Below, piece after piece: positions 34,108 through 42,461 of a DNA stretch of 64,000 nucleotides. Under the pieces are notes generated by a model that searched no databases, was not told the DNA's origin, and saw only the letters and a list, made by a program, of their open reading frames with translations. Source of the DNA: Rhizomicrobium sp. (GTDB lineage: Bacteria > Pseudomonadota > Alphaproteobacteria > Micropepsales > Micropepsaceae); the NCBI GenBank assembly GCA_035549495.1, contig DASZQV010000007.1, positions 251,601 to 315,600 on the forward strand, written 5' to 3'. How positions within the stretch are numbered: the stretch's first letter is position 1; every line of letters starts with the position of its first letter. A program made the position numbers and the translations under genes.

Positions 34108-35163
34108 ATGCCGGCCGGCATCGGCATCGCTTCCGGCGAGGACCGCCTCAAAGTCCTGATCGTCACTGACGCTTGGGCGCCGCAGGTCAACGGCGTGGTG
34201 CGCACGCTCGAGATGCTGGGCAGCGACCTGCGCGCCCTGGGCCACGAGGTGCGCTATGCGACGCCCGAGGGCCGCTTCACCGTTCCCTTGCCGACCTACA
34301 ACGAAATCCGGCTGTCGCTGTTTCCGCGTCGGAGCCTGGAGAAAGAGATCCGCGAATTCGCCCCCGACGCGATCCATATCGCGACCGAAGGGACGCTGGG
34401 CCTTTCGGCGCGCGCGGTGTGCATCAAGTATGGCCTGCCGTTCACGACCTCGTTCCATACGCGCTTCCCCGAATATGTCCGCGCCCGCTTCCCCTTCATC
34501 AAGGAGGAGCGCGTCTATCGCTTCCTGCGCTGGTTCCACGGGCCGGCGACGGCGATGATGGTGGCGACGCCCTCGCTCAAGCGCGAGCTCGAAGGCCACG
34601 GCTTCCGCAACCTGCGCATCTGGTCGCGCGGCGTCGACGTCGAGCGCTTCCGCCCGATCGCGGACGCGAAGTTCCCCTATGACGGGCCGATCTATCTCTA
34701 TGTCGGGCGCGTGGCCATCGAGAAGAACATCGAGGCGTTCTTGCGGCTGGACCTTCCCGGCACCAAAGTGGTCATCGGCGACGGCCCGGCGCGCGCGGCG
34801 CTGGCGCGGAAATTTCCCGCCGCGAAGTTCCTGGGGCCCAGGACCGGCGAGGAGCTCTCCCGCGCCTATGCCGCCAGCGACGTCTTCGTCTTCCCCAGCC
34901 GCACCGACACCTTCGGCCTCGTCATGCTGGAGGCGCTGGCCTCGGGCGTGCCCGTGGCCGCCTATCCGGTGCAGGGGCCGCTGGACGTGGTCGACGGCGC
35001 CCCCGTGGCGGCGCTGGACGAGGATCTGGGCGCGGCCTGCCGCCGGGCGCTCACGATCCCCAAGGACGACTGCCGGACCTTCGCCATGACCCGGTCCTGG
35101 GGCGCCTGCACAAGGCAGTTCCTCTCCAACTTGGCGGTCGAGCCGCCGGTGGAAACCTCCTGA
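34108..35163 (+). CDS. agt: GT4-family glycosyltransferase (Agt-like glycolipid synthase)
   Basis: Trimmed to MPAGIGIASGEDRLKVLIVTDAWAPQVNGVVRT. GT-B fold, with the C-terminal E-x7-E region (FPSRTDTFGLVMLEALASGVPV). Confidence 0.7.
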   Translation: MPAGIGIASGEDRLKVLIVTDAWAPQVNGVVRTLEMLGSDLRALGHEVRYATPEGRFTVPLPTYNEIRLSLFPRRSLEKEIREFAPDAIHIATEGTLGLSARAVCIKYGLPFTTSFHTRFPEYVRARFPFIKEERVYRFLRWFHGPATAMMVATPSLKRELEGHGFRNLRIWSRGVDVERFRPIADAKFPYDGPIYLYVGRVAIEKNIEAFLRLDLPGTKVVIGDGPARAALARKFPAAKFLGPRTGEELSRAYAASDVFVFPSRTDTFGLVMLEALASGVPVAAYPVQGPLDVVDGAPVAALDEDLGAACRRALTIPKDDCRTFAMTRSWGACTRQFLSNLAVEPPVETS

Positions 35164-35164
35164 C

Positions 35165-35258
35165 CTGTCACGCCCCGCAAGAGCGGGCCGCCCAGATGAT
35201 CGCCTGGCGCGATCGTCCAAAACCCAGCTGGACGGCCCGCTTTCGCGGGCCGTGACAG
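35165..35258. repeat. REP/MITE-like palindromic element, family 1 (longer variant)
   Basis: CTGTCACGCCCCGCAAGAGCGGGCCGCCC ... GGACGGCCCGCTTTCGCGGGCCGTGACAG. The termini are inverted repeats. Starts 2 nt after the agt stop. Confidence 0.7.
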
Positions 35259-35298
35259 TCTTGTAGCTTCGCACCGGGATGATCCTTCCGGCCTGTTG

Positions 35299-36924
35299 AT
35301 GTCTTACCCCCCCGACGACCGCCGCGGCCTCTCTTTGCGCGCCCTCTCCTCGCGAGAATATCTGTTCCTGGCCGCGACGATCCTGTTCTGGGCGGGGTTC
35401 GTCGTCTATCTGGGCAAGGACACGTCGTGGGATTTCCGCAACTACCATTGGTACATCCCCTACGCCTTCCTGAACGACCGGATGGCGATCGACGTCGTCG
35501 TCGCGCACCAGGCGAGCTACTACAATCCGTTTCTCGACATCCCGTTCTATTGGCTGGCGACGCATTTCCCGGCCTGGTTCGCGCTCGCCTGTCTGGGCGC
35601 GGTGCAGGGCGCCAATGTCGTGCCGCTCTACCTGATCGCGCGCTGCGCTTTGCGCATCGAAGACTACAAGCTCGGCGCCGGGGCGCTGGCGTTGCTCGGC
35701 CAGACGGGGGGCCTGAGCCTCAGCCTGATGGGCCTGCACTACTACGACAACGTGATGAGCGTGTTCGTCCTGGGCGGTGTGGCCATCCTCGTCTGCAACG
35801 ACCGCACGATGCGCGAAGGATCGCTGGTCAAGACCGCGCTGTTCGCGGCCGGCGCAGGCTTCCTGGTCGGCATCGCGCCCGGATTGAAATTGCCCGAGGC
35901 GCCGTTCGCGGTCGGCTTCGCGGCCGCGCTGGTCGCGCTGGGCGGCGACTGGAAGCATCAGGGCACGCGGTTGGCTGCCGGCGCGCTCGGCGGCATCGCG
36001 GGCTTCGCGCTCTGCGCCGGCTATTGGATGCTCAAGATGGAGCACCTGACGGGCAATCCGCTGTTCCCCTATTTCAACCAGTATTTCCATTCGACGCTCG
36101 CGATGGCGCGCAACTATCGCGACCTGCGCTTCGTGCCGACGCATTTCTGGCGCGAGGTGTTCTATCCGATCCTGTTCGCGCAAGACTGGTCGGTGGCCGA
36201 CGACCTTCCCTATCGCGACATCCGCGCCGCGCTCGCCTATGTGAGCGTGATCGCCGCCGCCGTCCTCTGGCTGTTCGGGCGGCGCTCGAAAGAGCCGCTG
36301 ATGGCGCCGCGCGCGACGCTGGTGCTGTTCGTCTTCACCGCGGTCTCCTACATCGTCTGGCTCAGGCTGTTCGCGATCTACCGCTACATCATCCTGATCG
36401 AGATGCTCTCGCCGATCCTGGTCGCCGCCGCGGTGGGCCTGATGCCGCTGCCGCGCCGGGCGCAGCTCGTCACGCTCGGTGCCTGCTTCTTCGCGGCGAT
36501 GGCGCTGACACGGCCCGACTTCCTCGACCGCGCCCCGGTGGACGATCCCTATGTCGACGTGGCGCTGCCGAAATTCGAGCACCCGAAGCACACCATGGTC
36601 CTGATGACGGGAAATTCACCCATGGGCTTCATCGTGCCCGAGATGCCGCCCGAGATCCCGGTCCTGCGCATCGACGGCTGGATGCTGCACCCGAACGACG
36701 ACACCGGCCTGACGCGCGCGATGCGCCGCCGGGTCAAGGCGTTCAAGGGCGACCTCTTCCTCATCGCCGAATCCTTCGATATGACGCGCGCGCACGACGC
36801 GCTGGCCGATTACGACCTGTTGATCGACTGGCCGAAATGCACCCTGTTCGACACCAACATCATCGGGGCGTATCAATTGTGCCCGTTGCTGCCCAAGCCG
36901 CCCTGGATGACGATCAAGAGATGA
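35299..36924 (+). CDS. polytopic membrane protein, candidate GT-C-fold (polyprenyl-phosphate-sugar dependent) glycosyltransferase
   Basis: About 540 aa with more than 10 TM helices. Acidic/aromatic first-loop motif SWDFRNYHWYIPYAF. Co-transcribed with GT2 and GtrA genes. ATG 35299 (track start 35296 is TTG). Confidence 0.68.
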   Translation: MSYPPDDRRGLSLRALSSREYLFLAATILFWAGFVVYLGKDTSWDFRNYHWYIPYAFLNDRMAIDVVVAHQASYYNPFLDIPFYWLATHFPAWFALACLGAVQGANVVPLYLIARCALRIEDYKLGAGALALLGQTGGLSLSLMGLHYYDNVMSVFVLGGVAILVCNDRTMREGSLVKTALFAAGAGFLVGIAPGLKLPEAPFAVGFAAALVALGGDWKHQGTRLAAGALGGIAGFALCAGYWMLKMEHLTGNPLFPYFNQYFHSTLAMARNYRDLRFVPTHFWREVFYPILFAQDWSVADDLPYRDIRAALAYVSVIAAAVLWLFGRRSKEPLMAPRATLVLFVFTAVSYIVWLRLFAIYRYIILIEMLSPILVAAAVGLMPLPRRAQLVTLGACFFAAMALTRPDFLDRAPVDDPYVDVALPKFEHPKHTMVLMTGNSPMGFIVPEMPPEIPVLRIDGWMLHPNDDTGLTRAMRRRVKAFKGDLFLIAESFDMTRAHDALADYDLLIDWPKCTLFDTNIIGAYQLCPLLPKPPWMTIKR

Positions 36925-37865
36925 GCGACCAGAACGCCCGCATCGCCGTGCTCGTGCCCTGCTACAACGAGGAGGCCGCGATCACGACCGTGGTGCGCGA
37001 TTTCAAGGCCGCGCTGCCGGCCGCCACGATCTATGTCTACGACAACAACTCGAAGGACGAGACGGTCGCGCGCGCGCGCGAGGCCGGAGCGCTGGTGCGC
37101 ACCGAGACGCGCCAGGGAAAGGGCAACGTCGTGCGCCGGATGTTCGCCGACATCGAGGCCGACATCTATGTCCTGGTCGACGGCGACGACACTTACGACG
37201 CTTCGGCGGCGCCGGCGCTGATCCGAAAGCTCGTCGAAGACGGCATGGACATCGTCACCGGCCAGCGCGTCGCGACCGGCCAGGCCGCCTATCGCGCCGG
37301 GCACGTGCTCGGCAACCGGCTGCTGACCGGACTGACCGCGCTGATGTTCAACGTCAAGCTCGCCGACATGCTGAGCGGCTATCGCATCATGTCGCGCCGC
37401 TTCGTGAAGTCGTTCCCCTTCACCGCCGAAGGCTTCGGCATCGAGACCGAGCTGACCGTGCATGCCGTGCGCCTGTTGATGCCGATGGTCGAGGTCGAGA
37501 CGCGCTACAAGGAACGTCCCGAAGGCTCGGTCAGCAAGCTCAACACCTATCGCGACGGCTTTCGCATCCTCTTCACCATCGCGCTTCTGGTGCGCGAGGA
37601 GCGGCCGCTGGTGTTCTTCACCGCGATCTTCGTTCTCTTGTTCCTGTTCTCGACCGCGATCGGCACGCCGGTGGTGTTCGAGTATTTCCAGACCGGGCTG
37701 GTGCCGCGGCTTCCCACCGCGCTGGTCGCGGTCGGCGCGATGGTGCTGGCGTTCCTGTCGCTCGCGAGCGGGCTGATCCTCGACACCGTCACCCGCGGCC
37801 GCTGGGAGGACAAGCGCATGGCCTATCTCGCCATTCCCGGCCCGCACGATCTGAAGCTTCCGTGA
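36921..37865 (+). CDS. GT2-family polyprenyl-phosphate glycosyltransferase (GtrB/ArnC/DPM1-like)
   Basis: Own start ATG 36921 (ATGA overlap). VLVPCYNEE, DNNSKDET and VDGDDTY (DxD), plus two C-terminal TM helices. Confidence 0.88.
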   Translation: MSDQNARIAVLVPCYNEEAAITTVVRDFKAALPAATIYVYDNNSKDETVARAREAGALVRTETRQGKGNVVRRMFADIEADIYVLVDGDDTYDASAAPALIRKLVEDGMDIVTGQRVATGQAAYRAGHVLGNRLLTGLTALMFNVKLADMLSGYRIMSRRFVKSFPFTAEGFGIETELTVHAVRLLMPMVEVETRYKERPEGSVSKLNTYRDGFRILFTIALLVREERPLVFFTAIFVLLFLFSTAIGTPVVFEYFQTGLVPRLPTALVAVGAMVLAFLSLASGLILDTVTRGRWEDKRMAYLAIPGPHDLKLP

Positions 37866-38248
37866 GCGCGTTCCTGCGCTTTGCGCTGGTCGGCGCCGCG
37901 GGCTTCGTCGTCAACGAAGCCGCGCTCTATGTCGCGATCCATCTCCTCGGCCTCGGCAAGGACGCCGCGTGGTTCTTCGCCTTCGTGCCCTCGGTCACCT
38001 TCACCTGGTGGGGCAACCGCACGCTCACCTTCGCGCAGCACGCAAGCCGCGCCTGGCTCAAGGAATGGGCCCGCTTCGTCGCCACCAACAGCCTCGGTGC
38101 GCTGGTCAATTTCGCGGTCTATGAGGCGCTGGTCCACCTCGCCAGGCTCGACGCCGCGCTCGCGCTCGCCGCCGGCGTCCTCGCCGGGCTGGTGTTCAAT
38201 TTCACTTTGTCGAAGAAGCTGGTGTTCAGGCCACCCGCGTCCAGCTAG
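37862..38248 (+). CDS. GtrA-family small membrane protein (putative lipid-linked sugar flippase)
   Basis: FALVGAAGFVVNEAALY...FTWWGNRTLTF...FNFTLSKKLVF, with 4 TM helices. GTGA overlap with the GT2 stop. Confidence 0.85.
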   Translation: MSAFLRFALVGAAGFVVNEAALYVAIHLLGLGKDAAWFFAFVPSVTFTWWGNRTLTFAQHASRAWLKEWARFVATNSLGALVNFAVYEALVHLARLDAALALAAGVLAGLVFNFTLSKKLVFRPPASS

Positions 38249-38780
38249 GCACGTCCACGCCCTCCGGCGCGTCGACATCGACGCGGAAGGTTTCGGTCAT
38301 GCGCGCCATGGTCATGTAGAAGCCGGCGGTAAGCACGATCTCGACCATCTCCTGGGGCGAGAAATGCTTGTCGGCTTCGGCGACCGCTTCTTCGCTCGCC
38401 TTCACATCGCGCACGGTCTCGCGCACCAGCGCGAGCATCGCTTTCGCCCGCGCGTCGAACGCGGCATCGTCGAAGCGCAGCGCTTCGAGCGCCGCGATCT
38501 GCGCGTCGGTGCAGCCGGCGCGTCGGCCGATCGGGACGTGCTGCACCCATTCGTAGATCCCCCCTTCGAGGCGCGCGACGGCGAGGATGATGAGCTCGCG
38601 CAGATCCTTGGCCAGCTTCTGCTTCGACAGGATCGCGCCACCCAGTCCCAGGCCCGGCGCGAACAGCGTGGGGGCGTTTGCCCACATGCGGAAGATATTG
38701 AGCTTGCGCGTCAGGCCTTCGAACGCTGCGCGCGCGTCGCCGGGCAGCGTGTCGGGGTCTGCGTAAGGGATCAACGGCAT
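38226..38780 (-). CDS. carboxymuconolactone decarboxylase (AhpD-like) family protein
   Basis: Start set at the ATG preceded by AAGGAG (MPLIPYADPD...). CMD-fold helices. 11 nt downstream of the modC stop. Confidence 0.85.
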   Translation of the reverse strand: MPLIPYADPDTLPGDARAAFEGLTRKLNIFRMWANAPTLFAPGLGLGGAILSKQKLAKDLRELIILAVARLEGGIYEWVQHVPIGRRAGCTDAQIAALEALRFDDAAFDARAKAMLALVRETVRDVKASEEAVAEADKHFSPQEMVEIVLTAGFYMTMARMTETFRVDVDAPEGVDVPSWTRVA

Positions 38781-38791
38781 GGAAAGCTCCT

Positions 38792-39805
38792 TCAATGATC
38801 GACGATGACGCTTTTGACGATTGCGAAGACGCCGACGCCGGGCGCGAGCGCGAGCCGCGCGGCCGAGGCGCGCGTGATCCGCGCCATCATGCGCGAGTTG
38901 CCGAGCGCGAGCTGCACGTCGCCGCCGTTCGCCGAGACAACCGTCGCGGGCAGGATGTTGTTGGCGGAGATACGCTGCGGCTCCTCGCGCGCAACGAGAA
39001 TGTCTTCGGCCCTGAGGCGCACGCGTACGCGGCCTTCGCGGGCGATCTCCGGCACGAGCAGCCTGCCGCCGTCGAAACCGAGCACGGTAAGCCCATCGCG
39101 ATGGCCCTCCACCTGCGTGTCGAGCACGGCGCCGATCGCTTCCATCCGCACCAGGAGATCGAACACCGAGCCCTGCGCCGTCACGCGCCCGTCGCGCAGC
39201 ATCGCGACCTTGTCGGCGAGGCGCGCGACCTCGTCGACGCTGTGGCTGACATGGAGCATCGGCAGGCCGGTCTCGCGCAACCGCTCGAGATAGGGAAGGA
39301 TCTCCGCCCGCCGCGCCGCGTCGAGCGCCGCCAGCGGCTCGTCGAGCAGCAGGAGATCGGGCGACGACAGCAACGCGCGCCCGAGCGCGACGCGGCTCTT
39401 CTCTCCGCCGGAAAGCGCCCGCGAGGCGCGCGCGAGCAGCGGCCCAAGCCCCAGCATGTCGACGATGCGCGCGATCTCGCTTTCGGCCATGCGCCGCGAA
39501 GCGCGCCGCCAGCCATAGCGCAGATTGTCCGCGACGCTCATATGCGGGAACAGCCGCGAATCCTGGAAGACGTAGCCGATACGGCGGTGCTCGGGCGGCA
39601 CGAACACGCGCGCGTCGAAGACCGTGCGGCCGGCGATGACGATGCGGCCCGCATCCGGCTTGAACAGCCCGGCGACGGCGTTGATCGCGCTGGTCTTGCC
39701 GGCGCCCGACGGCCCGAACAGCGAGGTCACGCCGTCCTCCGCCGCGAACGCGACGTCGAGCGCGAAATCGCCGAAGCGGTGCTTGATCTCGACCACCACG
39801 CTCAT
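38792..39805 (-). CDS. modC: molybdate ABC transporter ATP-binding protein with C-terminal TOBE domain
   Basis: Trimmed to MSVVVEIKHRFGDFALDV. Has GPSGAGKT, LSGGEKSRV and LLLLDEP. C-terminal Mop/TOBE region (NILPATVVS...ARITRASAARLALAPG). ATGA overlap with modB. Confidence 0.9.
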   Translation of the reverse strand: MSVVVEIKHRFGDFALDVAFAAEDGVTSLFGPSGAGKTSAINAVAGLFKPDAGRIVIAGRTVFDARVFVPPEHRRIGYVFQDSRLFPHMSVADNLRYGWRRASRRMAESEIARIVDMLGLGPLLARASRALSGGEKSRVALGRALLSSPDLLLLDEPLAALDAARRAEILPYLERLRETGLPMLHVSHSVDEVARLADKVAMLRDGRVTAQGSVFDLLVRMEAIGAVLDTQVEGHRDGLTVLGFDGGRLLVPEIAREGRVRVRLRAEDILVAREEPQRISANNILPATVVSANGGDVQLALGNSRMMARITRASAARLALAPGVGVFAIVKSVIVDH

Positions 39806-40485
39806 CGCTTGAGCCGCCGCTGCGCGAGCTCGGCCAAAGTCATAAAGACGAGCGCCAGCACGATGGAGATCAGCGACAGCCGCGCGGCTTCCGCTTCGCC
39901 GCCGGGCGATTGCAAGGCGCTGTAGATCGCGAGCGGCAGGGTGCGCGTCTCGCCGGGGATGTTCGAGACGAAGGTGATGATGGCGCCGAACTCGCCCAGG
40001 CTCGCCGCGAACGCCGTGATCGCGCCGGCGACGATGCCGGGCACGGCCAAGGGCAGCGTGACGGTCGCGAGCCTGTCCCACCAGCCCGCGCCCAGGGTGC
40101 GCGCCGCGAGGTCGAGGCCGGGATCGGCGCTTTCGAGCGCGAGGCGGATCGCGCGCACCTGGAACGGGAGGGTGATCAGGCTCGAGGCCAGCACCGCGCC
40201 GGTCCACGAGAACACGAAGCGGATGCCGAAGGTCTGGTAGAGCCACGCGCCGGGCCCTTCGCGCGTGCCGAACAGGACGAGCAGCAGGAAGCCGATGGCG
40301 ACGGGCGGCAGCACCAGCGGCAGATGCACGATCCCGTCGACGACGATCTTGCCCGGGAAGCGCACCCGCGCCAGGAACAGCGCCAGCGCCAGCGCGAAGG
40401 GCAGGCCTGAGAACACCGCCACCGTCGACACGCGCAGGCTGAGCAGCAGCGCTTCGGTCTCGTCGGGGGTGAGGGGGAAGGCCAT
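39802..40485 (-). CDS. modB: molybdate ABC transporter permease
   Basis: Trimmed to MAFPLTPDETEALLLSLRVS. EAA-loop region (ESADPGLDLAARTLGAGWW) typical of ModB/CysTW permeases. Confidence 0.9.
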   Translation of the reverse strand: MAFPLTPDETEALLLSLRVSTVAVFSGLPFALALALFLARVRFPGKIVVDGIVHLPLVLPPVAIGFLLLVLFGTREGPGAWLYQTFGIRFVFSWTGAVLASSLITLPFQVRAIRLALESADPGLDLAARTLGAGWWDRLATVTLPLAVPGIVAGAITAFAASLGEFGAIITFVSNIPGETRTLPLAIYSALQSPGGEAEAARLSLISIVLALVFMTLAELAQRRLKR

Positions 40486-40493
40486 GGCCGCAT

Positions 40494-40581
40494 CCTTCGA
40501 GGCCGCTTCGCGGCACCTCAGGATGACGGGAATTTGGAAGCGCGTCACCCTGAGGTGCGAGCCGCAGGCGAGCCTCGAAGG
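40494..40581. repeat. palindromic repeat, family 2 (CCTTCGAGG...GCACCTCAGGATGAC...GTCAYCCTGAGGTGC...CCTCGAAGG)
   Basis: Inner inverted repeat 40513..40527 / 40544..40558 (1 mismatch). Outer arms CCTTCGAGG (40494) and CCTCGAAGG (40573..40581). Second copy at 47158..47245. Confidence 0.75.
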
Positions 40582-40663
40582 GCGTGGCCCCGCTGCCACG
40601 CTTGGCCGGCCTCGCGCCGCGGCCCGCTTGACCCAGTCCCTCCAGCCCTTACCGTCGCGGGCC

Positions 40664-42337
40664 ATGGGGGGAAGAGCGGTCCTGGCTCTCGCTTTCGGCG
40701 CGGCGCTCGCCTCCGCCGCGCGCGCCGACGCGCCGCCGCCCGTTCAGCCGCCGCCGGCGCCGGACTACCACCCGATCTACACCGTGCGCAGCGACCATTG
40801 GAGCGACACCGACGAGCGCGACTACAGCCGCTTCATAGCCGAGCTCGGCGATTCGGGCTGCAACACCGTCGATGCCTGCCTGCACTCGACACGCAACCCG
40901 TTCCACGGCACCGACCCGCCGGGGGTCTATTTCCGCTCCGACTGCGCCGACCTTGCCTACAATCTGCGTTTCTATTTCGCGTGGAAGCGCGGGCTGCCGT
41001 TCTCCTACGTCAGCGAGGTGTCGATGCTCGGGCGCGGCCGCGACATCCGCTACGGCTTCCTGGGCAACGAGGTCGCCGAGCGCGTCACCGTGCAAGGCGG
41101 CTCGGTCAGCGGCTACGAGATCATGGACGAGCTGCGCGACTACATCTCGTCGGCGACGTTCCGCATCCATCCCGCGCGCGAGACGCCGCAGGATCCCGAC
41201 CTCTATTCGCCCACGATCGACGCGAAATCGATCCGCCCGGGCACGGTGATCTACGACCCCAACGGCCACGTCGCGACGGTCTACAAGGTCGAGAGCGACG
41301 GGCGCATCCGCTACATCGACGCCCATCCCGACAGCTCGATCACGCACGGCTTCTACGACCTGCGCTTCGTGCGCGCGTTTCCGGGCATGGGGGCGGGGTT
41401 CAAGAACTGGCGGCCGCTGAAGCTTATCGGTGCGCGGCAATTGGCCGACGGCACTTATGCCGGCGGCCATGCGGTGCCGGCGGCGAACGACGAGATCGCC
41501 GATTTCTCGCTCGAGCAGTTCTACGGCAGCGGCGCGCGGCCCGACGACGACCACGATTGGCGCCTGGGCGGCTTCATGCTGAACGGCGCGCCCGTCGACT
41601 GGTACGACTATGTGCGCGCCAAGCTCGCCGGCGGCAGGCTGCAATTCGATCCGTTGCGCGAGGTCGCCGACATGATCGATTCCAACTGCGCCGACCTGCG
41701 CGACCGCGTGGATTCGGTAGCGCTGGCGATCGAGGCGGGGATGGCCGACCGCGGCGAGCCGGATCGCCTGCCCGAGAACATCTACGGCACCGAAGGCGAC
41801 TGGGAGACCTATTCGTCGCCGTCGCGCGACGCCCGGCTCAAGACCGCGTTCAAGGAGCTGCGCGACGACGTCGAGCGCTATGTGCGCATGTACCGCGCGC
41901 GCGACCCGAAGCTGCAATACAAGGGCAGCGATTTGATCGCCGACCTGATCGCGCTCTACGACCAGCGCACCGCGACCTGCCAGATCACCTATACGCTCAG
42001 CGACGGCGCGACGATGACCTTGGGCTATGAGGAGGCGCGCAAGCGGCTGTTCGCGATGTCGTTCGATCCCTATCAATGCATCGAGCGGCGCTGGGGCGCG
42101 ACGCGGCCGGAGGAGCTCGCCTCCTGCCCCGACGGGACGCTGAAGAAGGCGTGGTACGAGGCCGAGGCCAATCTGCGCAATCAGATCGACCGCACCTATG
42201 AGGCGCGGATGGATTTCAGCCTCGACGAGCTCAAGGACCCCGGCCCCGGCAAAGGTGTCGCCGATCCGCCCGACACCGATGTCCGCCGCTTCCTGGTCAA
42301 CCAGCAGAGCGTGGTGCCGCTGAAGCCTCAGACGTGA
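40664..42337 (+). CDS. secreted protein with N-terminal NlpC/P60-like (papain-fold Cys-His-His) signature, function unknown
   Basis: Track ORF trimmed to MGGRAVLALAFGAALASAARA|DA (signal peptide). Motifs RSDCADLAYNLRFYFAWKRGLPF, PGTVIYDPNGHVATVYKV and RYIDAHP. Confidence 0.7.
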   Translation: MGGRAVLALAFGAALASAARADAPPPVQPPPAPDYHPIYTVRSDHWSDTDERDYSRFIAELGDSGCNTVDACLHSTRNPFHGTDPPGVYFRSDCADLAYNLRFYFAWKRGLPFSYVSEVSMLGRGRDIRYGFLGNEVAERVTVQGGSVSGYEIMDELRDYISSATFRIHPARETPQDPDLYSPTIDAKSIRPGTVIYDPNGHVATVYKVESDGRIRYIDAHPDSSITHGFYDLRFVRAFPGMGAGFKNWRPLKLIGARQLADGTYAGGHAVPAANDEIADFSLEQFYGSGARPDDDHDWRLGGFMLNGAPVDWYDYVRAKLAGGRLQFDPLREVADMIDSNCADLRDRVDSVALAIEAGMADRGEPDRLPENIYGTEGDWETYSSPSRDARLKTAFKELRDDVERYVRMYRARDPKLQYKGSDLIADLIALYDQRTATCQITYTLSDGATMTLGYEEARKRLFAMSFDPYQCIERRWGATRPEELASCPDGTLKKAWYEAEANLRNQIDRTYEARMDFSLDELKDPGPGKGVADPPDTDVRRFLVNQQSVVPLKPQT

Positions 42338-42362
42338 GGAGAATAGGCGACGTATTCTCCTC
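42336..42362 (+). terminator. stem-loop overlapping the stop codon of the 557-aa secreted-protein gene
   Basis: GGAGAATA (42338..42345) pairs with TATTCTCC (42353..42360), extendable by 2 bp. There is no T-run. Confidence 0.4.
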
Positions 42363-42410
42363 GCCGAGCGACGGGAAGGGACGCGTTCTCGAGTCCTAGA
42401 AAGCGAAACA

Positions 42411-42436
42411 GGCCGCGGAGATCGCTCTCCGCGGCC
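42411..42436. terminator. 11-bp perfect stem-loop between convergent genes
   Basis: GGCCGCGGAGA-tcgc-TCTCCGCGGCC. Confidence 0.55.
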
Positions 42437-42461
42437 CGCGTCGTTCGTTGCGGCCAGGCGC

